Assembly: GCA_947581885.1 (NCBI GenBank)
Contig: CANPWF010000001.1
Span: 1-36,668, forward strand
Source of the DNA: an uncultured Clostridia bacterium
GTDB lineage: Bacteria; Bacillota; Clostridia; Christensenellales; Borkfalkiaceae
DNA length: 36,668 nt
Direction: 5' to 3'
Below, one piece after another: positions 17,101 through 23,245 of this stretch. Position numbers and translations under genes: made by a program. Position 1 is the first letter of the stretch. Every line of letters begins with the position of its first letter. The notes under the pieces were generated by a model, which was not told where the DNA came from, ran no database searches, and saw only the letters and a program-made list of their open reading frames with translations.

Positions 17101-17959
17101 GAGCCTCACGGACATCGTCATTCCCGAGACCGTCACTACGATCGAACAGAATGCGTTCGCGAACAATACCTCGCTCACCCACCTCACGTTCAATGCGCCC
17201 GTCGACCAGGTGAACATCGCCGCATCGGTATTCTCGGGCTGCACCTCGCTTGAAACGGTGAAGTTCGGGTCCAAGGTGACGACGATCGGCGAAAAGATGT
17301 TTGAAGGCTGCACATCGCTTGCGCACTTCGTCGCTGTCGCGGATGGCGACGCGGAGACGCAGGACGCCCTTCCAGAGTCGGTCGATTACATCGGCGCGGC
17401 CGCGTTCAAGGGAACTGCCATCGAGAAGCTTACGCTCCCCGGCAGTGCAGAAAAGCCGCTCACGATCGTTCATAACGGAAACGACGGCACCTTTGAGGGC
17501 TGCGCAAAATTGAAAAATATGGTGGTCCCTGAAGGAACGACGGAATTGCCTTATAAGATGTTCTATGGGTGCACCGCACTCGAATGGGTGAAACTTCCCG
17601 ACACCATTATAAAGGTGAACGGCAACGTCTTCTACAATTGCGCGTCGCTCAAATTCGTAAATTTGCCCGGAAGCATTGCCGAATTCTCTTCGAGTTTCCT
17701 CGGTAAGACGCCGAATCTTCATGTGTTCGTCGCGAAGGGCATCGCCAAATTCGGCACGGGTATATTCTGGACGAATGAAGAAGGGAACCGCCATATCTAC
17801 TTCGAGGACGATGAGTACACGGTGCTCTCCACGCGCGGGTTGACGTGGCACGCCAAGACCGACCATAGCGACTTCACTTGCGGCGCAACGCTTGCGCAGG
17901 CGCTGGAAGCTTCGGGCGCGACGGACTTCCCCGAGTATAACGAAATCGTAACGGATTAA
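8147..17959 (+). CDS. Giant surface lipoprotein (3,270 aa) with a BspA-type LRR array
   Basis: ATG 8147 has a GGTGA SD 5 nt upstream; the ORF-track ATG 8135 sits inside that SD. The signal peptide plus lipobox is LGALAAC (Cys codon 8219-8221). Two Listeria-Bacteroides (Flg_new) repeats lie at nt ~8489-8941 (YTVKFDTDGGT...FVGWYTD...ARF). About five FN3-like modules with a W..V.GAT.Y.V signature lie at ~8957-10234. Two more Flg_new repeats lie at ~10235-10687. A ~2,300-aa array of BspA/LRR_5-type repeats then runs over ~10700-17750 (e.g. IPASVKTIADRAFSGCENL, IPENVTSIGNSAFEGCTGL). I estimate 90-100 units but did not count them. I saw no LPXTG, SLH or choline-binding motif. Confidence 0.93.
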   Translation: MKRKVLLILGLLFSVVTLLGALAACGGGEEPEKKQAGSEAGTYYCDYNGVENDLTLGGECEFELKIGATVMKGGYELEGEGLTLSPENAGVISARYKNERISFTYSNVSYTFLRKIEYTVKFDTDGGTAIDDVKVVNGRTVARPTPPKKGELIFVGWYTDKTYQNPFYFSQPITGDKTICARFVEPLDPEFDVKFDLGYTDAAAMAPIRTVGHKLYPDQLPTPERTDGVAFIGWYVSDFETRDKLSRAFDLEAEVAQDFTLYAVWAETEGEPVVSVTESGVEISVDGENLGNYNLKITAPDDSESTHSDALATGATTKYDYNFAAQNEGEYKVEVEVSGKTTTRYLNNKALARVSDFRLELAGETRTLIFNSVAGATEYKITVECGTEGHAAVHTEKSLGTTTAYDFSECAMGADKTIKFTVKAYAAGHVASVSETYVYDKTLDEVDAITFDEAKGDVTWSKVPYATAYRVTVSLNDEQVGETTELLAVGTSGNVMRYSVKEIGKGEVTIEVVPVAFGWNSPEVSEYTFEKPAPAAPTNVRFEDGKIKWNAVTGATKYEVVIGETTRMAVSDPAGNTPPTEYQLQEADFGSLEEAVITVYTVGVDDADRSYASDAISVVNANEIRGLAYAGGYATWKPVFGATAYQYKVGTGNTWNTVTASKAAIEFGAAGEQTISVKAVKDGADSPVETVTVTVYTVEFDIGGAASEIDEVADMYLAAGDPISLPVPSTWPGYDFDGWYTEDGGTGAKYELTVFDGGALTLFAKWNPKKFTITLEVGAEGTCQETFEVYYRQTNICLPIPTPASVEYTFKGWYLGVGGTGRLYANATDGSAGTYTQLTDLTVYAKWTTPFAYTNKSNKLTVTAGTNIGGEKEVTIPDKHDGLPVTTVGDFNSGTTLEIINIPDTVGNITLGTVGSAFESLKNLKEVNIYHVEGNNTPKYASKNGMVYEVEGNKLVYVPKAYKAPAIGHKDDPVEVTIPDNIEVIVSGAMYKNLTITKLTIPASVREVQTNAIYGNDSEKTNANGDKLAEIVFEATENGTLTIANEAFINLHTLTSITLPKYVQALDAESHTVILGTGQIKNCVSLENINIANGVPGDAYFSEEGVLCRTAEGVREIVYYPTARTETLYTFPTTVGITVIGAHAFEKAKSLQSIVIPATITKIGESAFNGCEGIQSITFQSGESDQDLTIEREAFVGTKAQSLTVPANVTSAGWHAFYISTLQTVTLKGKTGMHVEYADKGVFHPSTENLTIEANFPVIDISSAFSSINTAAAVPSLTKAKLKTINISANDNYKQVTGNEAGKGAIFDKDMTKILYIVEETEDFTVPEGITEIGSALFYNNKTLRTITIPASVKTIADRAFSGCENLATVTFSPFVAPADSGEAKRAALTIGEKAFNECKSLATIELPAETTSIGKSAFNKCASLTEFTVPGGVAVVEEDLFSEAGIESITLSEGVSMIKAGAFNKCVALETISLPASMATIEPSVFTGCKALTTITVAEESEHFKSIDGVLYTAQKRAQSTEIDPVELLFVPLNGKADNGTLRIPATVTSVAERAAQFNTGITAIEFAEKVVKYNATTGDEEDGTLVINDYAFGGNSTGKTKFSSIKLPIGLTTIGKQAFSYLHELTSIEIPYTVTTIGTQAFYMSDRLATITFKETPQETAGVELTLAGSPFQNVTGLKNIVLPDRPKVTLSVATFSQCYNLESVTLPAGLAELPGPTSGDTGIFSNFKKLTTVNFPAQVSANFSIGKYAFSGCINLAHVGTAKQVDVDGKGMQKEVYFLPEGVKTIGAYAFRNSGLTSIGIPASMSEFSLESEGGTCYRPFGGCSKLETIAFANDCALTYLPAGLMTGARSLKYVVFGKNSHIQTIGAYASEIVSGNGQSDSLAGGVFAGASQLASITIPASVEVIENGCFMNLPSLQEVKFEEGSKLQKIGGALITSNTEEKGTDPVFAFSGLTSFTFPKITNEAGEVQELKVVAGIFSGCSSLTSIAISESVWEIDNLLKGTVALETLTVPEGSERFEVDETNKALYSLKEGQRDVLLGIYGDPGSVLNIAGGTTQIVASLYRGRTSITQVNIPDTVVSIGESAFENCINLTTVTITVGDGKTSALSLIGDAAFKNCWKLASFDFAKAVNLNRIGKEAFSACAFTKLDLRQNHQLGNNAGGTSVNGIGAQAFENAPLLGTEMIDTAIAATDQYSVMFPAELKTIEKAAFRNTPITKIDLSGTKVTKLPGGTSNDGIFMGCAQLKDVKLPVGLTLIEARTFYNSGLETINLEELVNLTDIKANAFNNTQLTSIVFPEAKKFAATTSQSSIFANNTKLKSVDMSKATRIQTYGSSAFSGCPELETVTLPSSLTTIGNNMFKDCTSLESITIPENVTSIGNSAFEGCTGLGNVTIQATGLKTIGNKAFSGTVLTSFDFPQTVESLGTNAFDGCSELAEVTFHDNSKLTIGNYAFQGTGLTSVHLPEGVASINQYAFNNCTSLTTVEYDKDGITLGTSCFANTALASFDFAHVKEVGATAFQNTKFTEFTFPEHTISWKAGVFTDCAELTQATFPSYVTEIPASMLKGCTALEKVTIQNEYLTTINNSAFEGCTALDEIEWPASLDSLTKLGTSVFKGTGFTAMDLSKMTNEKINNLPTSTFSGCESLGSVRLAQNMVTFGGKEVFKGCTSLTTVNGMNQITTLTESAFDGCTSLATIDISNVTTFAKNAFKGCTELNNVTINENATAIAEGTFAGCASLANIGDTETANITSIAKRAFQGTAFTTFKIPASLTTVTASAFDSCTDLVSFTVADENETFVVGENGELYQRGEGDAKILICYPAAATTVEIAADATEIAALAFSGIGGTGKTLTVPGNVTIDGYAFVGCTFDKVIVEDGEGALAQYAFAQNSSTYPDAICGVKEVEFRGSTALNASAAMTSSQYLFQNNTGTTKVTFPEGLTTIGSYWFAGTSKTSSADAIPTAITTVVIPASVTTIKDSAFKDASLTDIVIPETVTTIEQNAFANNTSLTHLTFNAPVDQVNIAASVFSGCTSLETVKFGSKVTTIGEKMFEGCTSLAHFVAVADGDAETQDALPESVDYIGAAAFKGTAIEKLTLPGSAEKPLTIVHNGNDGTFEGCAKLKNMVVPEGTTELPYKMFYGCTALEWVKLPDTIIKVNGNVFYNCASLKFVNLPGSIAEFSSSFLGKTPNLHVFVAKGIAKFGTGIFWTNEEGNRHIYFEDDEYTVLSTRGLTWHAKTDHSDFTCGATLAQALEASGATDFPEYNEIVTD

Positions 17960-18007
17960 GTGAACATTCCGCAAAATTGCGGAAAAAATTGAACGAAAGC
18001 AGTAAGA

Positions 18008-18040
18008 CCTCAGCGGTTTTCTTCGGAAATACCGCTGAGG
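18008..18040 (+). terminator. Stable UUCG-capped hairpin after the giant gene (weak or partial terminator, or a processing site)
   Basis: CCTCAGCGGTTTTC (18008-18021) pairs with GAAAtACCGCTGAGG (18026-18040), with a TTCG loop and one bulged T. There is no proper U-tract afterwards (CATACGCGTTTC). A smaller hairpin lies at 17968-17985. Confidence 0.4.
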
Positions 18041-18092
18041 CATACGCGTTTCAAAAGAACCTTGAAAAAATCGCCTTTGAAAGGAGGATACT

Positions 18093-19199
18093 ATGAAGGA
18101 CACCATGAAGAAATTCCGGCGAAGGATCGTCCGCGGCGCCATTTTGAAATCGGCTCTTGCCGCGCTCATCATCGCGTGCGGCGCGCTCCTCGTGACTGCA
18201 CTCGCCTCGTGGATCGCGGGCTTCCGTGCGGGCATCTGGCTCGCGCTCGGGCTGTTCGTCCTTTCGTTCGCAGTCAGCGCGCTCCTGTTCTATTTCCTCA
18301 AGTACCGCCCCTCCGCAAAGGAAGTGGCGCGCAGGATCGACGCGATCGGCCTTGAAGAGCGCCTCATCACGATGATGGAACTCGAAGGGGATGATTCCTA
18401 CCTCGCAAAAATGCAACGCGCGGACACCGAGCGGGCGCTCAAAACCGCCGACCATACCCTCATCAAAGTGGCGGCGTCGGTCGCGCTGTGCGTGACCGTG
18501 GGCGTTGCCGCGCTCTTTGGGGTGGGTGCGCTCACCGTCGATTCGCTCTACGTGGCGGGAGTCATCCCCAGCGGCGTGGAGTATGCCGCCTACCTTGAAG
18601 CAGAGCATGAGTTTACGTGCAGTTATTCCGTCGAAAAGAAGGGCGGCAAGATTTACTTCCTGACGGAGGAGGGCATCGGAGACGAAGTGACGGAAGCCAT
18701 CATCGTGGCCAAGGGCGAAAGCGCCCCGACTGTCATTGCCGTGCCCGATGAAGGCTACGTATTTACGGGATGGTCGGACGGCCTGTACGACCCCGTCCGC
18801 TGCGACGAGGGCGTGAAGGAGAAGATCCGCGTGCGCGCCAAGTTTGCGGTAGCCGAGGGACCTGACGATTTGCAGGATGACGGGGCCCAGCAACAAAAGC
18901 CTTCGGACGACGACTCCAGCGGCGATCCGGAAGATACGCCCCCGCAAGACGATCCCTCTCAACCGTCAAACGGCGCTCCAAGCAATGGCGCCAGCGGCGG
19001 CCACGACAATACCAACCAACAGGTCAATGACGGCAAGACCTATTACGGCGACGAGTACGGTGACGCCTACAATGACGCGATGGGACGCCTCGGCGACGGG
19101 AGCAATATCCCTGGGGATCTGCAGGGCGGCGTTTCGGGTTACCTCGATTCCATCGGCAAGGGCGGCTCCGAAGGCGGCGAAAGCGGCGGCGGAAATTAA
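18093..19199 (+). CDS. Three-TM membrane protein with an external Listeria-Bacteroides repeat and an acidic/Gly-Ser-rich tail (368 aa)
   Basis: An AAGGAGG SD lies 5 nt upstream. A TM hairpin spans aa ~17-70. A charged helical segment follows (EVARRIDAIGLEERLITMMELEGDD...), then a third TM (VAASVALCVTVGVAALFGVGAL). Next comes a Flg_new-like module (IAVPDEGYVFTGWSDGLYDP...RVRAKF). The last ~118 aa are low-complexity D/S/G/P/N (nt ~18843-19199). Confidence 0.85.
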   Translation: MKDTMKKFRRRIVRGAILKSALAALIIACGALLVTALASWIAGFRAGIWLALGLFVLSFAVSALLFYFLKYRPSAKEVARRIDAIGLEERLITMMELEGDDSYLAKMQRADTERALKTADHTLIKVAASVALCVTVGVAALFGVGALTVDSLYVAGVIPSGVEYAAYLEAEHEFTCSYSVEKKGGKIYFLTEEGIGDEVTEAIIVAKGESAPTVIAVPDEGYVFTGWSDGLYDPVRCDEGVKEKIRVRAKFAVAEGPDDLQDDGAQQQKPSDDDSSGDPEDTPPQDDPSQPSNGAPSNGASGGHDNTNQQVNDGKTYYGDEYGDAYNDAMGRLGDGSNIPGDLQGGVSGYLDSIGKGGSEGGESGGGN

Positions 19200-19232
19200 A
19201 GCGACAAAAATTCTTACAAAGAGAGAGAAACC

Positions 19233-20378
19233 ATGGTAACAGAACAGGACATCAAGCAATTCAGCGAAATTTGCACGCAGATCTTCAAACAGATTGCGCG
19301 GGACGTCATCGGGCAGGAAAAGGTCGTGCAGGGCACAGTCATTGCGATGATCGCGGGCGGCAACGTCCTCCTCGAGGGCGTGCCCGGCGTCGGCAAGACG
19401 CGGCTCGTGAGAACGCTCGGCAGAGTGTTCGATCTGCCCTTCTCGCGCATCCAGTTCACTCCCGACCTCATGCCGGCGGACGTGACGGGCACCAACATCA
19501 TCGTGAAGGATGAGAAGGGCAACTCGCAGTTCAGTTTCCAGCCGGGGCCCATATTCAGCAACATCATCCTCGCCGATGAGATCAACCGCGCCACCCCCAA
19601 GACGCAGTCGGCGCTCCTCGAAGCCATGCAGGAGCACACCGTCACCGTCATGGGCGTCTCGCGCAGACTCAATGAGCCGTTCTTCGTGCTTGCAACGCAG
19701 AACCCCATCGAACAGGACGGCACCTATCCTCTGCCCGAAGCGCAGATGGATCGTTTCATGTTCAAACTGCTCGTGCCCGATCCCTCGCTGGATGAACTCA
19801 TGCAGATCGTCAGCCTCACGCAAAAGACGATGGATGAAGTCGCGGAACGGGCGTGCACGGGGGAGCAACTGCTCGCCATGCGCAAGACTGCCAACCAGAT
19901 CCCCATTGCGGAGGACGTTTTGAAATACGCGATGATCCTCGTCGCGGCGACGAGGCCCGACGGCGAATGCGCGACGGAGGCGGCGAAGAAGTATATCCGC
20001 GTCGGCGCGAGCCCCCGTGCGGGACAGGCCATTGTCTCGGCGGCGAAGGTGCTCGCCCTCATCAAGGGCAGGTTCAACGTGTCGTACTACGACCTGTTCG
20101 AGATGGTGTATCCCGTATTCCGCCACCGTTTGAAACTCAATTTCGAGGCGGTCGCGGAGCGCGTTACCGCGGACGACGTGATCACCATGATCCTCGAAGA
20201 GGTGGAAAAGAAGTATCACAAGCGTCCCACAGCGGGAAAACCGCTCGCCGTGCCCGCAGAGGAACAGAAGGACGCGGAGGCGCCTGAAAAGCCGGCGGAG
20301 GCGCAGGAAGAAACAGCGGCTGAGATTGCCGAGGATCCGGAGAAAAAGAAGAAACGCGGCTTGTTCGGCAGAAAATAA
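19233..20378 (+). CDS. MoxR-family AAA+ ATPase (AAA_3 type, 381 aa) with a charged C-terminal extension
   Basis: It has Walker A (LLEGVPGVGKT), Walker B (IILADEINRA) and the MoxR-typical segments TPKTQSALLEAMQE and FFVLATQNPIEQDGTYPLPEAQMDRF. A C-terminal lid follows (GASPRAGQAIVSAAKVLALIKGR). About 60 aa of E/K/A/P-rich tail are appended. Confidence 0.93.
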   Translation: MVTEQDIKQFSEICTQIFKQIARDVIGQEKVVQGTVIAMIAGGNVLLEGVPGVGKTRLVRTLGRVFDLPFSRIQFTPDLMPADVTGTNIIVKDEKGNSQFSFQPGPIFSNIILADEINRATPKTQSALLEAMQEHTVTVMGVSRRLNEPFFVLATQNPIEQDGTYPLPEAQMDRFMFKLLVPDPSLDELMQIVSLTQKTMDEVAERACTGEQLLAMRKTANQIPIAEDVLKYAMILVAATRPDGECATEAAKKYIRVGASPRAGQAIVSAAKVLALIKGRFNVSYYDLFEMVYPVFRHRLKLNFEAVAERVTADDVITMILEEVEKKYHKRPTAGKPLAVPAEEQKDAEAPEKPAEAQEETAAEIAEDPEKKKKRGLFGRK

Positions 20379-20394
20379 ACGGGCGTAAAAGTGA

Positions 20395-21294
20395 ATGAAG
20401 GTAACGCAACTCGATGACGCGTTTTTCAGCCGTTTGGAAACGCTGTCATTAAATTTAAAGTCCAATCTCGCGGGGTATTTCGGCGGGAAGCATTTGGTGA
20501 AGACGTACGGGCAGACTGTGGAATTTGCCGATTTCCGCGAATATCAACTCGGCGACGATATCCGCCGCATCGACTGGAATTTGTTCAGCAGGTTTGAAAA
20601 ATACTTTCTGCGCCTGTTTACGGACGAAAGACAGATGCAGGTGCAAGTATTTTTGGACTTATCCGCTTCGGTTGGAAAGAACGACGAGCAAAAGGGCGCC
20701 TATGCCATAGGCGCCGCGGCGGCGCTCGGCTTTTTGGCTGTCCAAAATATGGATAAGCTCACCTTTCACCTCATGCGCGGCAATGTGGCGGATAATCCGT
20801 TCGGCACGCTTGTGGGAAAAAACGCCTTTTTTCGCGCGATGAGTTCCATCCGCGAACTTGAATTCGACGGCGATGTCGATATTTCGGCGTGTGTCGCGGG
20901 TTGCCGCGATACAGGAAACAACAACGGGCTCACCGTCATCGTATCCGACTTTCTCACCGAAAGCGATTGGAAGAAAGCGGTCGACTATTTGTGCTATAAA
21001 AAGAGGCAGGTCCTCTTGTTGCAAGTCCTCTCCCCCGAGGAGCTCGAACCGTCTTACGACGGCAGGGTGCTCCTCGTCGACGCGGAAGCCGAGGATCTTG
21101 AGGATCCGAGGAACATGCGTTTGAGGATCAATCCCGCCATGCAACAGGCATATCAGGAGGCTTTGCGCGATTTGCGCGAAGGAATGCGCTCCTATACCGC
21201 CAAGCGTGGTGCGGGCTATATTTCCGTCTCTTCGGATACCCCCATAGAGCGCGTGCTTTTCGGGGAACTTCTGAAATCTGGGATCATGTCATGA
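20395..21294 (+). CDS. DUF58 domain protein (MoxR-associated, VWA-like; 299 aa)
   Basis: It carries the DUF58 signature GKHLVKTYGQTVEFADFREYQLGDDIRRIDWNLFSR. A MIDAS-like FLDLSAS follows. The gene sits immediately after moxR, as in Bat/MoxR operons. Its stop overlaps the next start (ATGA at 21291-21294). Confidence 0.9.
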   Translation: MKVTQLDDAFFSRLETLSLNLKSNLAGYFGGKHLVKTYGQTVEFADFREYQLGDDIRRIDWNLFSRFEKYFLRLFTDERQMQVQVFLDLSASVGKNDEQKGAYAIGAAAALGFLAVQNMDKLTFHLMRGNVADNPFGTLVGKNAFFRAMSSIRELEFDGDVDISACVAGCRDTGNNNGLTVIVSDFLTESDWKKAVDYLCYKKRQVLLLQVLSPEELEPSYDGRVLLVDAEAEDLEDPRNMRLRINPAMQQAYQEALRDLREGMRSYTAKRGAGYISVSSDTPIERVLFGELLKSGIMS

Positions 21295-23240
21295 TGCAAT
21301 TGCTTTTACCGTTGGGCTTATTGGGGCTTCTGGGTGTTCTGGCACTCATCATCATTTACGTCATCAAGCCCAATTATCAGACAAAGCACGTTTCCACGAC
21401 ATATGTCTGGAAATTGAGCTTGAAATACAGAAGGAAACGGCTTCCGACCAGCAGGGTGCGGAATATTATCCTATTTATTTGCCAACTTCTCATTTTGATC
21501 GCCATGGCTCTCATTCTTGCACAACCTGCCATCGTGTACAATAACGACACGGGCGAACTCGATACGGTTGCGATTATCGATTCGTCCGCAAGCATGTATG
21601 CGGGCACGGACGGTGAGACGCGGTTCGACCGCGCCGTGGCAGAGGCAAGAACGCTCTCCGAGGAGACTCTGCAAAAGGGCGGCAACGCTTCGGTCATTTT
21701 GGCGGACGCTTCGCCAACTTTTTTGGCGCAGCGCGTCACGCAGAAAAACAGCCGCCTTCTATATGACGGGTTCGACGCCATCGAGAACGGTGATGTGAAA
21801 TGTTCGTACGGGTCGAGCGACGTCAATGCGGCGCTTGCCCTGTCAGAGGATGTGCTTGCGGTGAACCCGTCGGCCAAGATTTATCTCTATACCGATGTTC
21901 AATACAACTATATCCCCGAAAACGTGACTGTCGTCTCCGTCGCCGAAACGGGCGAGTGGAACGCAGCCATTCTCTCCGTCACATCCGAACTCGTGGACGG
22001 TTTCTATGCCGTGACGGTGGAGGTCGCAAATTACGGAAACAACAGGGAACTCAACGTGGAACTCACCGTAACGGGGGCGGATGCACAGGATGCCGCCATG
22101 AGCGGACGTTCTGTCTCCGTGTCCCAGAGCGTCTATTGCGACGGGGACACGGTAAAGACCGTCATCTTCTGCGACGGCGGCGGTGCGGATAGCGAGGACG
22201 TCATTTATTGCGACCTCGGTCCATCCGACAGGTTTTATTCCTACCGTTCCATCCATGTGGCTGTGGATGAGGACGACAGTTACCGCACGGACAACAATTT
22301 TTATCTTTATGACGGGCAGAAAGAGCTCGTCAAAGTACTGTATGCGAGCACCGACCCCAACCCCTTCTTTACGAGTGCGCTCGACTCATTGAAAGAGTTG
22401 TTTGCGGGCCGCTGGCAGTTGCAGGTGGACGAAGTTCCCAAGGGGCAGGAATTTCCGCAGAGCGGGTACGATTTCTATGTGTATGAGCATACCGCGCCCG
22501 ACGTGCTTCCCGTGGACGGGGCAGTCTTGCTCGCCGATCCCGACCGCGCGCCCGCAGGAACGGGACTGCGGCTTCGCAACATAAAGGCAACGGCGAACGG
22601 TTCTCTCATCCCGTGCGACGGGCTGACGGCGCACCCCGTGACGCAATATCTTGTCCCCGAATATATCCAGGTCAGCCGCTATACCGTGTTTGATTTTGAC
22701 GCCGACTATGAGGCGTTGCTCACGGTCGGCTCCGATCCGTTGCTCCTCGTCGAGAACCACGAGAATATCAAGATCGCCGTTCTGCCGTTCAGCGTGCACT
22801 ATTCCAATATCGCGTTGCAACCAGAGTGGCTCATCTTGCTGTACAACATTTTTAACTATTTCCTGCCTACGACGGTAAACGGCACTGCGTTTGAGGTCAA
22901 CGAGGACATCGTGCTGAGCGCCAGGGGGCCGCGGGTCACCTATTCGGACACCGAGGACCCCGTCGAGGAGTTTCCCGCCACATTGAGATTTTCCACTCCC
23001 GGCACCTATATCCTGCGGCAGGAACTGTATTTTACCGACAAAGAGCCCGTTAACGTCAGCATTTTCGTGCGTGCGCCGAGGGCGGAAAGCAACCTGTGGG
23101 CGGTGGAAGATACGTTGGAGGATCCGTATAAGGAGGATTACGGCGGCTCCTCTTATGACGATCTGCTCGTCTATCTCGCCGCCGCGCTCGTGGCGCTCCT
23201 CGTCTTGGAGTGGATCTTGCATTCGAGGGAGGGTAGGTAG
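21291..23240 (+). CDS. BatA-like membrane protein: aerotolerance-regulator N-terminal TM domain plus a VWA-like domain (649 aa)
   Basis: The N-terminus LLLPLGLLGLLGVLALIIIYVIKP plus a second TM (IILFICQLLILIAMALILAQP) is typical of the BatA_N domain. A MIDAS motif AIIDSSASM lies at nt ~21579. There is a C-terminal TM (LLVYLAAALVALLVLEWIL). Confidence 0.85.
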   Translation: MMQLLLPLGLLGLLGVLALIIIYVIKPNYQTKHVSTTYVWKLSLKYRRKRLPTSRVRNIILFICQLLILIAMALILAQPAIVYNNDTGELDTVAIIDSSASMYAGTDGETRFDRAVAEARTLSEETLQKGGNASVILADASPTFLAQRVTQKNSRLLYDGFDAIENGDVKCSYGSSDVNAALALSEDVLAVNPSAKIYLYTDVQYNYIPENVTVVSVAETGEWNAAILSVTSELVDGFYAVTVEVANYGNNRELNVELTVTGADAQDAAMSGRSVSVSQSVYCDGDTVKTVIFCDGGGADSEDVIYCDLGPSDRFYSYRSIHVAVDEDDSYRTDNNFYLYDGQKELVKVLYASTDPNPFFTSALDSLKELFAGRWQLQVDEVPKGQEFPQSGYDFYVYEHTAPDVLPVDGAVLLADPDRAPAGTGLRLRNIKATANGSLIPCDGLTAHPVTQYLVPEYIQVSRYTVFDFDADYEALLTVGSDPLLLVENHENIKIAVLPFSVHYSNIALQPEWLILLYNIFNYFLPTTVNGTAFEVNEDIVLSARGPRVTYSDTEDPVEEFPATLRFSTPGTYILRQELYFTDKEPVNVSIFVRAPRAESNLWAVEDTLEDPYKEDYGGSSYDDLLVYLAAALVALLVLEWILHSREGR

Positions 23241-23245
23241 AGATC

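Noticed and set aside
8735-18235. Several very long minus-strand ORFs inside the giant gene (8735-12031, 12263-13942, 14840-15883, 16106-18235)
   Set aside because: All are antisense to the 9.8-kb LRR ORF, whose protein shows clear periodic LRR, FN3-like and Flg_new motifs. The antisense translations are Arg/Ala/Gly-rich with no motifs. They are a high-G+C frame artefact.
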